NCBI GenBank assembly: GCA_021784535.1
Contig: JAJYHW010000085.1
Coordinates: 1-44,119, forward strand
DNA from: a bacterium
Lineage (GTDB): Bacteria > Patescibacteriota > Microgenomatia > Levybacterales > UBA12049
Reading direction: 5' to 3'
DNA: 44,119 nucleotides
Position numbers and translations under genes: made by a program. Positions 16,067 to 24,950 of the stretch are shown here, in pieces; position 1 is the first letter of the stretch, and each line of letters opens with the position of its first letter. Under the pieces are notes generated by a model. It was not told where the DNA came from. It saw nothing but the letters and a program-made list of their open reading frames with translations, and ran no database searches.

Positions 16067-16873
16067 ATGTCGGAAAGAGAAGTAGTTTTATATGCACCTG
16101 ATAGTAATATTTCTCAAAGAAGTGAACTTTTGGGGACAACTGTTGACTTTGCGAGTAAATATGCTGCTGCAATTAACAGACTCGGTTTAGAGATAGTTCA
16201 TCGTCGAAATCCTTCGGAACCGCGAGACATTTTATGTATGGATGAGGGATTAACTCCTTATAGTAATGTAACTGTTCGTTTGGCAGGACCTGTTCCACTT
16301 CTTGCAAGAACACTTCCTCTACTCAAAGAAGGTGTAGCTAATGGGATAGTTTATAGTCGTGTATTTGATCATGCACATTGTGGAGCATTGGGGCTCAATC
16401 TTGCAGAGATAGGTGAAGGAATGGATATAGATCCTCAAAAAGCTGGAGCATTTTTGGCAGGAAGGTTTGCTAAAGAATTAACAAGAGTATATCCAGATCA
16501 TGAAGTTGCTTATGGTGGTAGATTATCATTAACCAGAAGACCTAAAGATCAACATACTGGTCAGGTTATCTATTATGACGCACGAAATGCTGGATTAGAT
16601 TTTGCACATCTTGCTAATTTCCCACCTGGGTACACCATCAGCAGAAATATTTTTGGACCTGATGCATCAAGAGAATGTGTTAGTCTTGCTTTGGGGATTA
16701 CCTTTGGCGCTCATGGATTAAGTACAAAACTTACTCCAAGTACCCCATTATATTTGGTTGGAATTGTAGACGGTCAAGAACAAATGGGTAAGATTGCTGA
16801 TGAGCTACGTCTTATTCAAAGCTCCCAAGGTATAAATGCAGGACGTATGCAAGTGCAAATTATAGCAGCTTAA
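16067..16873 (+). CDS. Hypothetical 268-aa protein with CxD...HxxCG motifs
   Basis: Clean ORF with its own promoter. C57-M-D59 and H102-A-H-C105-G resemble the beta-carbonic-anhydrase zinc-ligand pattern, but the conserved Arg is missing. Confidence 0.55.
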   Translation: MSEREVVLYAPDSNISQRSELLGTTVDFASKYAAAINRLGLEIVHRRNPSEPRDILCMDEGLTPYSNVTVRLAGPVPLLARTLPLLKEGVANGIVYSRVFDHAHCGALGLNLAEIGEGMDIDPQKAGAFLAGRFAKELTRVYPDHEVAYGGRLSLTRRPKDQHTGQVIYYDARNAGLDFAHLANFPPGYTISRNIFGPDASRECVSLALGITFGAHGLSTKLTPSTPLYLVGIVDGQEQMGKIADELRLIQSSQGINAGRMQVQIIAA

Positions 16874-16890
16874 TTGAAAAATAAACAAAT

Positions 16891-17451
16891 TTATTCCTTA
16901 TACTCTTCTTTCACATCCTCTTTGAAATCTTTCATTAATTTGCGAAGTTTTGGATCGATAATAACTCTACAATAATCAGGTCGTTTGCCGCTTTCATAAA
17001 AGTTTTGGTGCTCTGTTTCAGCTTTATAAAAGTTTGTAAACGGTATAATTTCTGTAACGATTGATTTAGTATATTTACCAGATTTTTCTAATTGTTCTTT
17101 AGATGCTTCAGCAAGGTTTTTTTGTGCATCATTATGATAAAAAATAATAGATCGGTATTCTGGGCCTGTGTCATAACCTTGCTGGTTGAGTGTCGTTGGA
17201 TCATGAGTCGCCCAGAAGATGTCAAGCAATTTCTCGTAAGAAATAATCGATGGGTCAAATTGTAATTGGACCGATTCTGCATGACCAGTGTTTTGCATAG
17301 CGACATCGTTGTAAGTGGGGTTTTTCATCGTACCTCCTGCATAGCCTGAAATAACAGTTATTACACCTTTTACGCGTTTGAAAATAGCTTCTGTGCACCA
17401 AAAACACCCTCCGGCAAACATTGCAGTTTCTAAATTCTTTATAGCCGACAT
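16891..17451 (-). CDS. msrA: Peptide-methionine (S)-S-oxide reductase
   Basis: GGCFWCTEAIF active-site motif. 186 aa. Confidence 0.93.
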   Translation of the reverse strand: MSAIKNLETAMFAGGCFWCTEAIFKRVKGVITVISGYAGGTMKNPTYNDVAMQNTGHAESVQLQFDPSIISYEKLLDIFWATHDPTTLNQQGYDTGPEYRSIIFYHNDAQKNLAEASKEQLEKSGKYTKSIVTEIIPFTNFYKAETEHQNFYESGKRPDYCRVIIDPKLRKLMKDFKEDVKEEYKE

Positions 17452-17539
17452 AGGAACATTATATCGTATCTCTTTGGTGAAGAGAAAGTAAAGGATAATT
17501 TAAGAAAACAATTTTACGGTAAAAGAGTATAATAAAATT

Positions 17540-18337
17540 ATGCCAGATGCCATTGTCGAAGTTTCCCATCTTACCAAACGCTTCGGTGATTTTACAGCAG
17601 TGAATGACGTTTCATTTTCTGTGGCGCGTGGACAAATTTTTGCCTTTCTTGGTCCCAATGGTGCCGGCAAGAGTACTACAATTAAGATACTCACAACGCT
17701 TCTTAATCCAACTGCGGGAGAGATTACGCTTAACGGATTTGATGCATTACATGATAAAGATAATGCAAGAAAGTCGTTTGGTATTGTTTTTCAGGATCAG
17801 AGTCTGGATGATGAATTGACTGCGTATGAAAACATGGAGTTCCATGCAGTACTATATGGAATTAATACTGAAGTGCGTAAAAAGAATATCCATGAACTAT
17901 TGGTGCTTGTTGAATTGTGGGATAGAAAGGATAGTTTGGTTAAGACATTTTCCGGCGGGATGAAACGGCGATTGGAAATTGCTCGAGGCTTACTGCATCA
18001 TCCAAAAATATTTTTTCTTGATGAACCAACGCAAGGTCTTGACCCGCAGACTCGTAATCATATCTGGCATTATGTGAAAAATTTGAGTGAAGAAAAAGGT
18101 GTCACAATTTTTTTTACAACTCATTATCTGGAAGAAGCGCAAGAATATGCGCAACGAATTGCAATTATGGATCATGGCAATATTATTACCGAGGGGACGC
18201 TTGAAGATATACTAAAAAAGACTGGAGAAAAAACACTGGAGGCTGCTTTTCTTAAGTTAACAGGGAGTGACATTCGTGAAGAAAGCGCTAGCAGTCTGGA
18301 AGCGATGCGAAGACATAGACAGATGAGAGGACATTAG
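17540..18337 (+). CDS. ABC transporter ATP-binding protein (ABC-2/DrrA-like exporter)
   Basis: Walker A GPNGAGKST, signature SGGMKRR, Walker B FFLDEPTQGLD. Confidence 0.9.
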   Translation: MPDAIVEVSHLTKRFGDFTAVNDVSFSVARGQIFAFLGPNGAGKSTTIKILTTLLNPTAGEITLNGFDALHDKDNARKSFGIVFQDQSLDDELTAYENMEFHAVLYGINTEVRKKNIHELLVLVELWDRKDSLVKTFSGGMKRRLEIARGLLHHPKIFFLDEPTQGLDPQTRNHIWHYVKNLSEEKGVTIFFTTHYLEEAQEYAQRIAIMDHGNIITEGTLEDILKKTGEKTLEAAFLKLTGSDIREESASSLEAMRRHRQMRGH

Positions 18338-18378
18338 TACTAAGAACTAACGTGTTCACGAGGTACGGTTTAAAAAAT

Positions 18379-19122
18379 ATGAATGCTATTTATATTTTAT
18401 GGTTACGAGAATTAAAACGGTATAGCCGTTCGCGTTCACGCATGATTGGCTCACTCGGTCAGCCGATTTTATTTCTTTTTGCATTAGGATTCGGATTGGG
18501 TCCTGTTTTTCAACGAGCAGGGCAGGGGAATTATTTTCAATTTCTTGGTCCTGGCGTTATCGCTATGAGTATTTTATTCACTGCAATTTTTGGCGGTATT
18601 CAAGTTATTTGGGATAAGCAATTCGGATTTCTTAAAGAGACATTGGTAGCGCCAGTTCCCCGATGGCAGATTATGCTTGGGAAAACCTTTGGAGGTGCGA
18701 CAATAGCTGTTTTGCAAGGAGTAGTTGTATTGATTTTAGCAACGATTTTTGGTTTTCGACCGGAATTAGGTTTGCTCGTGTTGGCATTGACCTTTATGCT
18801 TTTGATTGCGCTCTTTTTTACCGGATTAGGTATCAGTATCGCATCCGTCCTTGCGGATATTAACGGGTTTCAGATTATTATGAATTTTTTAGTGCAACCG
18901 GTTTTTTTCCTTTCAGGAGCACTTTTCCCATTAAATAATTTGCCAAAAGTTATTAGTAATATTACCGCAGTTGATCCGTTAACGTATGGAGTTGACGGAA
19001 TTCGTGGCACGCTAACCGGAGCAAGTCATTTTGGATTAGCAATAGATATAACTGTGCTTCTCATACTGGTAATGATTATTCTTACGATTGGCGCTACTCT
19101 TTTTTCACGAATTGAAGCTTGA
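18379..19122 (+). CDS. ABC-2 type transporter permease
   Basis: Six predicted TM segments, and it follows the ATPase. The ATG at 18379 is preferred over the GTG at 18352. Confidence 0.8.
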   Translation: MNAIYILWLRELKRYSRSRSRMIGSLGQPILFLFALGFGLGPVFQRAGQGNYFQFLGPGVIAMSILFTAIFGGIQVIWDKQFGFLKETLVAPVPRWQIMLGKTFGGATIAVLQGVVVLILATIFGFRPELGLLVLALTFMLLIALFFTGLGISIASVLADINGFQIIMNFLVQPVFFLSGALFPLNNLPKVISNITAVDPLTYGVDGIRGTLTGASHFGLAIDITVLLILVMIILTIGATLFSRIEA

Positions 19123-19124
19123 GA

Positions 19125-19583
19125 TTACATCGGCTGGAGGCCGATAAGCGTTTTTACCGGAGTGAAAGAGACTTCTTTGCCGTTGACAACTGTCGCTATG
19201 CTATATTTATATGTTACTCCCTTTTTAAGATAAGAAATTGTATAGTTTGTAACTTTTGGCGGAATATTTCTAACAGAATTGGTAAATGATTGCTCTCCCG
19301 ATTGTCCGTAGTAGATATTGTACGAGGCTGCGTGCGGATTAGACGGAAGCGGTATTGTTGCTTGCTCAAACAGTCCTCTCATGATACTAACTCCCGCGAC
19401 AGCCTGGCTCGCGGTGCCTTTAGGAAGCGACGCGACAAGGATCACCAATACAAGGCAGGCGCTGATAATGATAGCTCGTCTAAAGAGAACAGTTTGCGCT
19501 CCGGATGATGAAGAAGTACGTAAATCGGTGCGTTTGACAGCTTTGTGTGTTACTACTTTCTTTGCAAGCGCTTTCTTTTTCAT
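19125..19583 (-). CDS. Membrane-anchored protein with an FN3-like domain, hypothetical
   Basis: Basic N-terminus, one TM segment (AIIISACLVLVILVASL), then YNIYYGQSGE...YTISYLKKGVTYKYSI, which looks like FN3. The start is uncertain (ATG 19583 or TTG 19622). Confidence 0.55.
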   Translation of the reverse strand: MKKKALAKKVVTHKAVKRTDLRTSSSSGAQTVLFRRAIIISACLVLVILVASLPKGTASQAVAGVSIMRGLFEQATIPLPSNPHAASYNIYYGQSGEQSFTNSVRNIPPKVTNYTISYLKKGVTYKYSIATVVNGKEVSFTPVKTLIGLQPM

Positions 19584-19649
19584 ATCTCTATTCAGTAGAA
19601 CAAAAATAGAGGAGTCTGTCAAGCTCTGCTATTGATGGTAATGTTAGCT

Positions 19650-19730
19650 AAAAATTAAAAGTGAACACCCGCAATTCAGCGGCTAGGAAGTTCTGGGCCA
19701 CCGCAGTCCTCACCTCCACAGCAATAAGCT
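19650..19730 (-). terminator. GC-rich structured stretch downstream of the MscS-like gene (possible terminator or small RNA)
   Basis: On the minus strand, GGAGGT...ACTTCC and CCGC-tgaatt-GCGG can pair, followed by CACTTTTAATTTTT. The stretch is visibly more GC-rich than its surroundings. Confidence 0.3.
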
Positions 19731-19733
19731 TCT

Positions 19734-20528
19734 TTAGGCAAATGCCAGCTTATGTTTTTCAAATTCTTTTTTTACAAGCAATCTGTACTTTCTTGCGATT
19801 TCATTTCTGTGGACAGGAGAAGTTGTAATGATGACACGGATAATCATAGTTTCTGCTTCTTTAAAATTCTCTATTCCCTTTACTTCCGATACCGGGGTAA
19901 TCAGCTCTGCATATGCAGGATCTTTCTGTAATTGCTCAAGTGCGTTTTCAGCAGCTTTTATGATAACATCAATCTCCTGATTTATTTTTACCGGCAAATC
20001 AATAATAATATTGAATTTCTGTCGGGAAAAATTAATGATTTTTCTAATCTGGCCGTTCGGAATAATATGAACTGTTCCGTTGTCAGTGCGTATTGTTAAG
20101 GCACGAGCGCCGATACGCTCCACAATTCCTTCGGTTATGTCTCCTTGAATGAATGTAGTGCCGATTTGTAAGTAATCGCCAATTGCGATAGAGTCAAGAG
20201 ACAGGAGAAAAAGGCCATTTACAAAATCTTCTATGATTCCACGCGCTCCAATTCCAAATACGATACCTATGACAGTTGCTGAAGCGAGTAAAGGAGTGAG
20301 ATTAATGCCAAATAATGAAAGGATTATATAGAGAGCAACAATATAAACAACTGTTGTAATGAGATTGCGGATAACAGACGCGATTGTGTGTGTCCGTTTG
20401 GTGCCAAATCGCTTCGGCACACGGATAAATGAGCGGAGAATATAATCAACTAAAACAGCAACAAGAAGTGTAACTCCTGCATATAGATAAGTTTTAATCA
20501 TCGCGGTTGAAAAAATATCAATATTCAC
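19734..20528 (-). CDS. Mechanosensitive ion channel (MscS family)
   Basis: Three N-terminal TM segments, then the conserved beta domain (GDYLQIG...GIVERIGARALTIRTDNGTVHIIPNGQI). GTG start; the exact start is uncertain. Confidence 0.85.
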   Translation of the reverse strand: MNIDIFSTAMIKTYLYAGVTLLVAVLVDYILRSFIRVPKRFGTKRTHTIASVIRNLITTVVYIVALYIILSLFGINLTPLLASATVIGIVFGIGARGIIEDFVNGLFLLSLDSIAIGDYLQIGTTFIQGDITEGIVERIGARALTIRTDNGTVHIIPNGQIRKIINFSRQKFNIIIDLPVKINQEIDVIIKAAENALEQLQKDPAYAELITPVSEVKGIENFKEAETMIIRVIITTSPVHRNEIARKYRLLVKKEFEKHKLAFA

Positions 20529-20583
20529 CTTATACCCAGCATAAAATAAAACGGGAAAGAAGTAAAGCGAAAATTTACGTAAG

Positions 20584-21801
20584 CTATGAAAGCCGGTTGA
20601 TCGCGTGGGCTCCCTGATAAGAATTTTTTAATAGTAATTTCTGATTTGCCAGCAATTTGAAATCGCGTACATCTTTAATAAATTCGTTAAGCAGCATTTG
20701 TTCCTGATCTTTTTTAATAACGATTCTGAAACCTGTTTTTCCAAGTCCTTCAACAGTGTAAGCGTGCTGCAGCCATCCTTGTCCGAGTAGATATTTAGAA
20801 AGTCTGCTGGCGTCTTCCCCATAAACGAAAAGTTGAGGAGAATATGGTGAGCCCTGATAGCAGGAATAGCCAAAACTCTGGAGGATATCAGTGAGCTCTT
20901 TTTTTGTTTTGAGATATTTCTTGGCAAATTTCCTGTAACCTTGAAATTTATACAGCATAAGATTGGTATATAAACTAAAAAGCCCTAAAGAGGATCCAGT
21001 TACAGTAAGGCCTGCCATTTTTTTATTGCCTGAGCTAAGATATTCAATATTACCGGTATAGGCTTGCGTTATTTTTTTGTCACGGAGCAGCAAGACTCCG
21101 CCTCCAACCAGCGAGAGGCCAAATTTGTGACAGGAAATATTCATTGAGAAGAGACTTTCCAGCTGAGAAAATGTATATCTGAGATCAGTATCAAGATAAG
21201 GGATGATAAAACCACCAATTGCTCCGTCAATATGCATCCAGGTATCATGTTCTTTCGCGATTGCGTCCAGTTGAATCAGATCGTCAATAACCCCGAGTTC
21301 AGTTGCTATCATGATTGCGGCGACAAGAATAGTATTCCTATCAATTTTTTTCTTTACTTCCTCAATGTCTGTAGTATGCGTATCGTTAAGACCAATTTCC
21401 CGCACTTCTATGTTAAGCATTTTTGCACAACGTTTTAAGCTATAGTGTGCATGTTTTGGAACAAGGATATTTGGTTTGGTAATACCTTTCTCATCCTTCG
21501 CTTTTTCTCGAGCATAATGGAAAGCAAGCAGAATGCTTTCAGTAGAGCCAGCAGTAAGTACGACACTGCCGTCTTTATTGTCAAATAATTTTTTGAAATA
21601 TTTTTCTATGGTTTTCTCAAAATAGCTTAATGATGTATATCCTGCACGGTCTACGACATTTTTATTAAGATAATGAAAAAGGTACTGGTATACAAAAGGA
21701 TTTTTATGAATGGCGGTAAAAGTACCGATATTTTTTTGTTCGCTGGGATCTTCTTTGATAAGTTTGTCTAGCTGACTCTGAAGGTTTTGTAGATTTCCCA
21801 T
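20584..21801 (-). CDS. PLP-dependent group II decarboxylase / lyase family protein
   Basis: SCHKFGL PLP-lysine motif, TAGSTESI, and an HIDGAIGG-type segment. The ATG at 21801 (MGNLQNLQ...) is preferred over the TTG at 21846. Confidence 0.8.
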   Translation of the reverse strand: MGNLQNLQSQLDKLIKEDPSEQKNIGTFTAIHKNPFVYQYLFHYLNKNVVDRAGYTSLSYFEKTIEKYFKKLFDNKDGSVVLTAGSTESILLAFHYAREKAKDEKGITKPNILVPKHAHYSLKRCAKMLNIEVREIGLNDTHTTDIEEVKKKIDRNTILVAAIMIATELGVIDDLIQLDAIAKEHDTWMHIDGAIGGFIIPYLDTDLRYTFSQLESLFSMNISCHKFGLSLVGGGVLLLRDKKITQAYTGNIEYLSSGNKKMAGLTVTGSSLGLFSLYTNLMLYKFQGYRKFAKKYLKTKKELTDILQSFGYSCYQGSPYSPQLFVYGEDASRLSKYLLGQGWLQHAYTVEGLGKTGFRIVIKKDQEQMLLNEFIKDVRDFKLLANQKLLLKNSYQGAHAINRLS

Positions 21802-22113
21802 AAGATGGAATAAAATGAGTATAACAAAGTTGTCACAGTGAGTCAACCGCTATATTTCGGTGTAAAATGCATATCTTCTTTCCTAACCCTTACCTATTGC
21901 TTGCGCACTTCTTAGTATAGAGATTTATACTACCAGAGATGTTTATGATACATCGTAAAAAGAGGATGTCTCTTTTTACTCGCTGTCTCCGGAAAGGAGG
22001 GGAGTATGGAAAAGTTTATACAATATTTGGAGAAACAGATAACACGTATATTGAATTCGTTTTTTACAGTTTTTACCACACCTGTACGATAGAGGATTTT
22101 ATTAGCTGTTATT

Positions 22114-22140
22114 TTAGCACTTGACAAGTTTTACTGCTAA
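22114..22140. promoter_or_regulatory. CIRCE-like inverted repeat (putative HrcA operator)
   Basis: TTAGCACTT-N9-TACTGCTAA compared with the consensus TTAGCACTC-N9-GAGTGCTAA (8/9 and 7/9 matches). It overlaps the -35 box of the clpB promoter. Confidence 0.55.
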
Positions 22141-22149
22141 TTCTACAAT
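22121..22149 (+). promoter_or_regulatory. clpB promoter
   Basis: TTGACA (22121-22126), 17-nt spacer, TACAAT (22144-22149), then 8 nt to the ATG at 22158. No SD. Confidence 0.65.
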
Positions 22150-22157
22150 AGGGTAGT

Positions 22158-24299
22158 ATGGACAATAATCAAGTTCCTGATTTCCTTAAGCCGGTAACGC
22201 CGGATGAGGCACTGAAGAAGTTTACGCTAAATCTCACCGACACTGCTCGGTCTGGTAAGATTGATCCTGTCATAGGCCGTGAGGTTGAAATTCGTCGGGT
22301 GATGGAGATTTTGTCACGCCGGACAAAGAATAATCCTGTCCTTATCGGTGACCCTGGAGTCGGGAAAACTGCGATTGTTGAAGGACTTGCTCAGAAAATT
22401 GTTGAAAAATCGGTACCGACTCCCCTGCGGGATAAAGAAGTTATTGTTCTTGATTTTGCATTACTTTTGGCAGGTGCCAAATTCCGTGGTGAATTTGAAG
22501 AACGACTCAAAGGCGTTATCAAGGCAGTTGAAGAAGCTGAGGGCAAATACATTATGTTTATCGATGAGCTGCATACGCTGGTAGGCGGAGGTGCGGCAGA
22601 AGGATCTTCTGATGCTGCGAATATTCTTAAACCAGCGCTTGCTCGAGGAACGCTTCGCATGATTGGAGCGACGACAGTTAATGAATACCGTAAATATATA
22701 GAAAAGGATCCCGCGCTTGCCCGACGGTTTCAGCAAGTACTTATTGATGAGCCGACAATTGAAGATAGTATTGCAATTCTTCGCGGTATCAAAGAAAAAT
22801 ATGAATTACATCATGGTATCCGTATCACTGATGATGCACTAATTGCAGCGGTAAGGCTATCCGCTCAGTATATCCCACAGCGATTTCTTCCCGACAAAGC
22901 AATAGACTTGATAGATGAAGCAGCAGCGGCAATCAAAATTGAAACTGAAAGTATGCCGGCAGAGCTTGATGGGCTCAAGCGTAAAATTATGCAGCTTGAG
23001 ATTGAATTGGCTGCTCTCAAACGCGAAAAGACTGAGGTTGCAAAATCCCGGAAAGCACAGCAGGAAGAACAATTGAAACAATTACAGGAGGAAGCTGCAG
23101 TGATTGAACAGCGCTGGAACGAACAAAAAGATCTCATTCAAAAAATTCAGGAGATTCGTGCGAAGATTGACGGATATCGTATTGAACTTGATAAGGCGGA
23201 GCGTGATGTTGATTTGCAAAAAGCTGCAGAGATTAAATACGGCAAAATTCCTGAGCTTGAGAAAAAACTGCAGGAATTGCAGGCTGTGTGGGATAAAATT
23301 CCGACTGAAGCGCGTGTTCTTCGTGAAGAAGTTGATGATGATGATATTGCGCGGGTTGTCTCCCGTTGGACTGGTATTCCCGCAACCCGTATTCTTTCAG
23401 CTGAATCTGATCGACTTCTCCGTCTTGAAGAAGAACTCAAATCATATGTCGTTGGTCAGAATGAAGCGACTTCTGTCGTTTCACGCGCTATCAGACGGTC
23501 GCGTTCTGGTTTGGGAGGTCGGGATAAGCCAATCGGTTCATTTCTTTTCATGGGGCCGACCGGTGTTGGTAAAACAGAAACTGCCAAGGCGCTTGCTCGT
23601 ATACTTTTTAACGATGAGCACGCAATGACGCGGATTGATATGAGTGAATATATGGAATCTCATGCAGTTGCACGGTTGATTGGCGCTCCTCCCGGTTATA
23701 TCGGATATGATGAAGGAGGGCAATTAACTGAAGCGGTGAAGCGTCGTCCCTATTCTGTGATACTTTTAGATGAGATTGAAAAAGCTCATCCGCAAGTTTT
23801 TAATATTTTTCTACAGATTTTTGACGATGGCAGATTGACTGACAGCAAAGGTATGACAGTGGATTTTCGCAATACGATTATTATCATGACAAGTAATCTC
23901 GGTTCGGCAGAAATTCGGGAAGCGAAAAATAAAGAAGACGCACAAAGGAAAGCATGGGGTATATTGCACGAACATTTCAAGCCTGAGTTTCTTAACCGGC
24001 TTGATTCGGTGGTGATCTATAATCCTCTTTCACCGAAAGAATTATTTAGAATTGCAGAGCAACAGCTTGGTTTGGTTAGAGATAGATTGGCGGAAAATGG
24101 GGTTTCTTTGAAAATAACAGATGATCTGGCGATGTATTTTGCAGAAATCGGATATGATCCTGTTTTCGGCGCACGTCCTTTGAAGCGTGCAATTGAAGAA
24201 AAGCTGGTGGATGAGATCGCTATGAGAATTATAGAAGGCACAGTCAGGCCAGGCGATACGATTGAACCTAAGGTGAAAGACGGGAAGATATTATTATAA
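22158..24299 (+). CDS. clpB: ClpB-type AAA+ disaggregase natively lacking the N-terminal domain
   Basis: Two AAA+ modules ([15 protein letters not shown] and GPTGVGKTE) and a long coiled-coil middle domain. The protein starts about 25 aa before the [10 protein letters not shown] motif. 713 aa. Confidence 0.92.
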   Translation: MDNNQVPDFLKPVTPDEALKKFTLNLTDTARSGKIDPVIGREVEIRRVMEILSRRTKNNPVLIGDPGVGKTAIVEGLAQKIVEKSVPTPLRDKEVIVLDFALLLAGAKFRGEFEERLKGVIKAVEEAEGKYIMFIDELHTLVGGGAAEGSSDAANILKPALARGTLRMIGATTVNEYRKYIEKDPALARRFQQVLIDEPTIEDSIAILRGIKEKYELHHGIRITDDALIAAVRLSAQYIPQRFLPDKAIDLIDEAAAAIKIETESMPAELDGLKRKIMQLEIELAALKREKTEVAKSRKAQQEEQLKQLQEEAAVIEQRWNEQKDLIQKIQEIRAKIDGYRIELDKAERDVDLQKAAEIKYGKIPELEKKLQELQAVWDKIPTEARVLREEVDDDDIARVVSRWTGIPATRILSAESDRLLRLEEELKSYVVGQNEATSVVSRAIRRSRSGLGGRDKPIGSFLFMGPTGVGKTETAKALARILFNDEHAMTRIDMSEYMESHAVARLIGAPPGYIGYDEGGQLTEAVKRRPYSVILLDEIEKAHPQVFNIFLQIFDDGRLTDSKGMTVDFRNTIIIMTSNLGSAEIREAKNKEDAQRKAWGILHEHFKPEFLNRLDSVVIYNPLSPKELFRIAEQQLGLVRDRLAENGVSLKITDDLAMYFAEIGYDPVFGARPLKRAIEEKLVDEIAMRIIEGTVRPGDTIEPKVKDGKILL

Positions 24300-24456
24300 A
24301 GTTTCTAAGATTAAGTTGAGTTTTTCTAATAGTCTTTTGTAAAAGATTCCTCAAGTTCTCCTCTGTCTATTCATTCATAATACGTAGGCTCAGCAGTCTT
24401 TCTATAAATTGTTTCCTTTTTGACAGAACACTCATGAGCTTTTTCTTAAAGCGCAA

Positions 24457-24927
24457 TTAAACAATTTTTAAAATTTTGTGCTCGACGAACTCGAAGCCTT
24501 TATATAGAAATTCCGCTACAAAAAATTCATGTTTTAAGAGTAAATCGAGGAAGATTTTGTCTCCTTCATACAAGTTTATATTTTGTATTTTATCCATATC
24601 CACCCACTTAAATTTCCCTTCTCTTCCATCCACAGGTTCTCCAGTAAAATCCGAAGATGTAAATAGGAACATGATATTATCATAATTTCCTGTATTTTGG
24701 GCGCGAAAATACAAAATCCCTTTTAAATCAACCGAATGAACAGTAATACTAGATTCTTCTTTGACTTCACGGATTGCTGCTTTTTCTACTTCTTCACTAA
24801 GTTCGACATGGCCACCAATAGGAAGATATACGCCCTTTTGGTGCATTTTGTCATTCTTTTTATCACGCACGAGAAAGAGGATGTTATTATCTTTGAGTAA
24901 ATAGACTCCGGTTGTTTGCTTTTTCAT
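24457..24927 (-). CDS. NUDIX hydrolase
   Basis: Nudix box GGHVELSEEVEKAAIREVKEESSI. 156 aa. Confidence 0.88.
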   Translation of the reverse strand: MKKQTTGVYLLKDNNILFLVRDKKNDKMHQKGVYLPIGGHVELSEEVEKAAIREVKEESSITVHSVDLKGILYFRAQNTGNYDNIMFLFTSSDFTGEPVDGREGKFKWVDMDKIQNINLYEGDKIFLDLLLKHEFFVAEFLYKGFEFVEHKILKIV

Positions 24928-24950
24928 AGGTTTATTGTATCATTTGCAGT

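Noticed and set aside
21930-22127. The 65-aa (minus) and 61-aa (plus, 21939-22124) ORFs in the clpB upstream gap
   Set aside because: Neither has an SD or a promoter-abutting start, and they overlap the clpB promoter and CIRCE-like element. Only the differently framed 28-codon ORF with a strong SD was kept, as a low-confidence finding.
23104-23628. 174-aa alternative-frame ORF and several minus-strand ORFs (22391-23440) within clpB
   Set aside because: They lie inside a gene with continuous AAA+ homology, and their translations are basic or low-complexity with no motifs.
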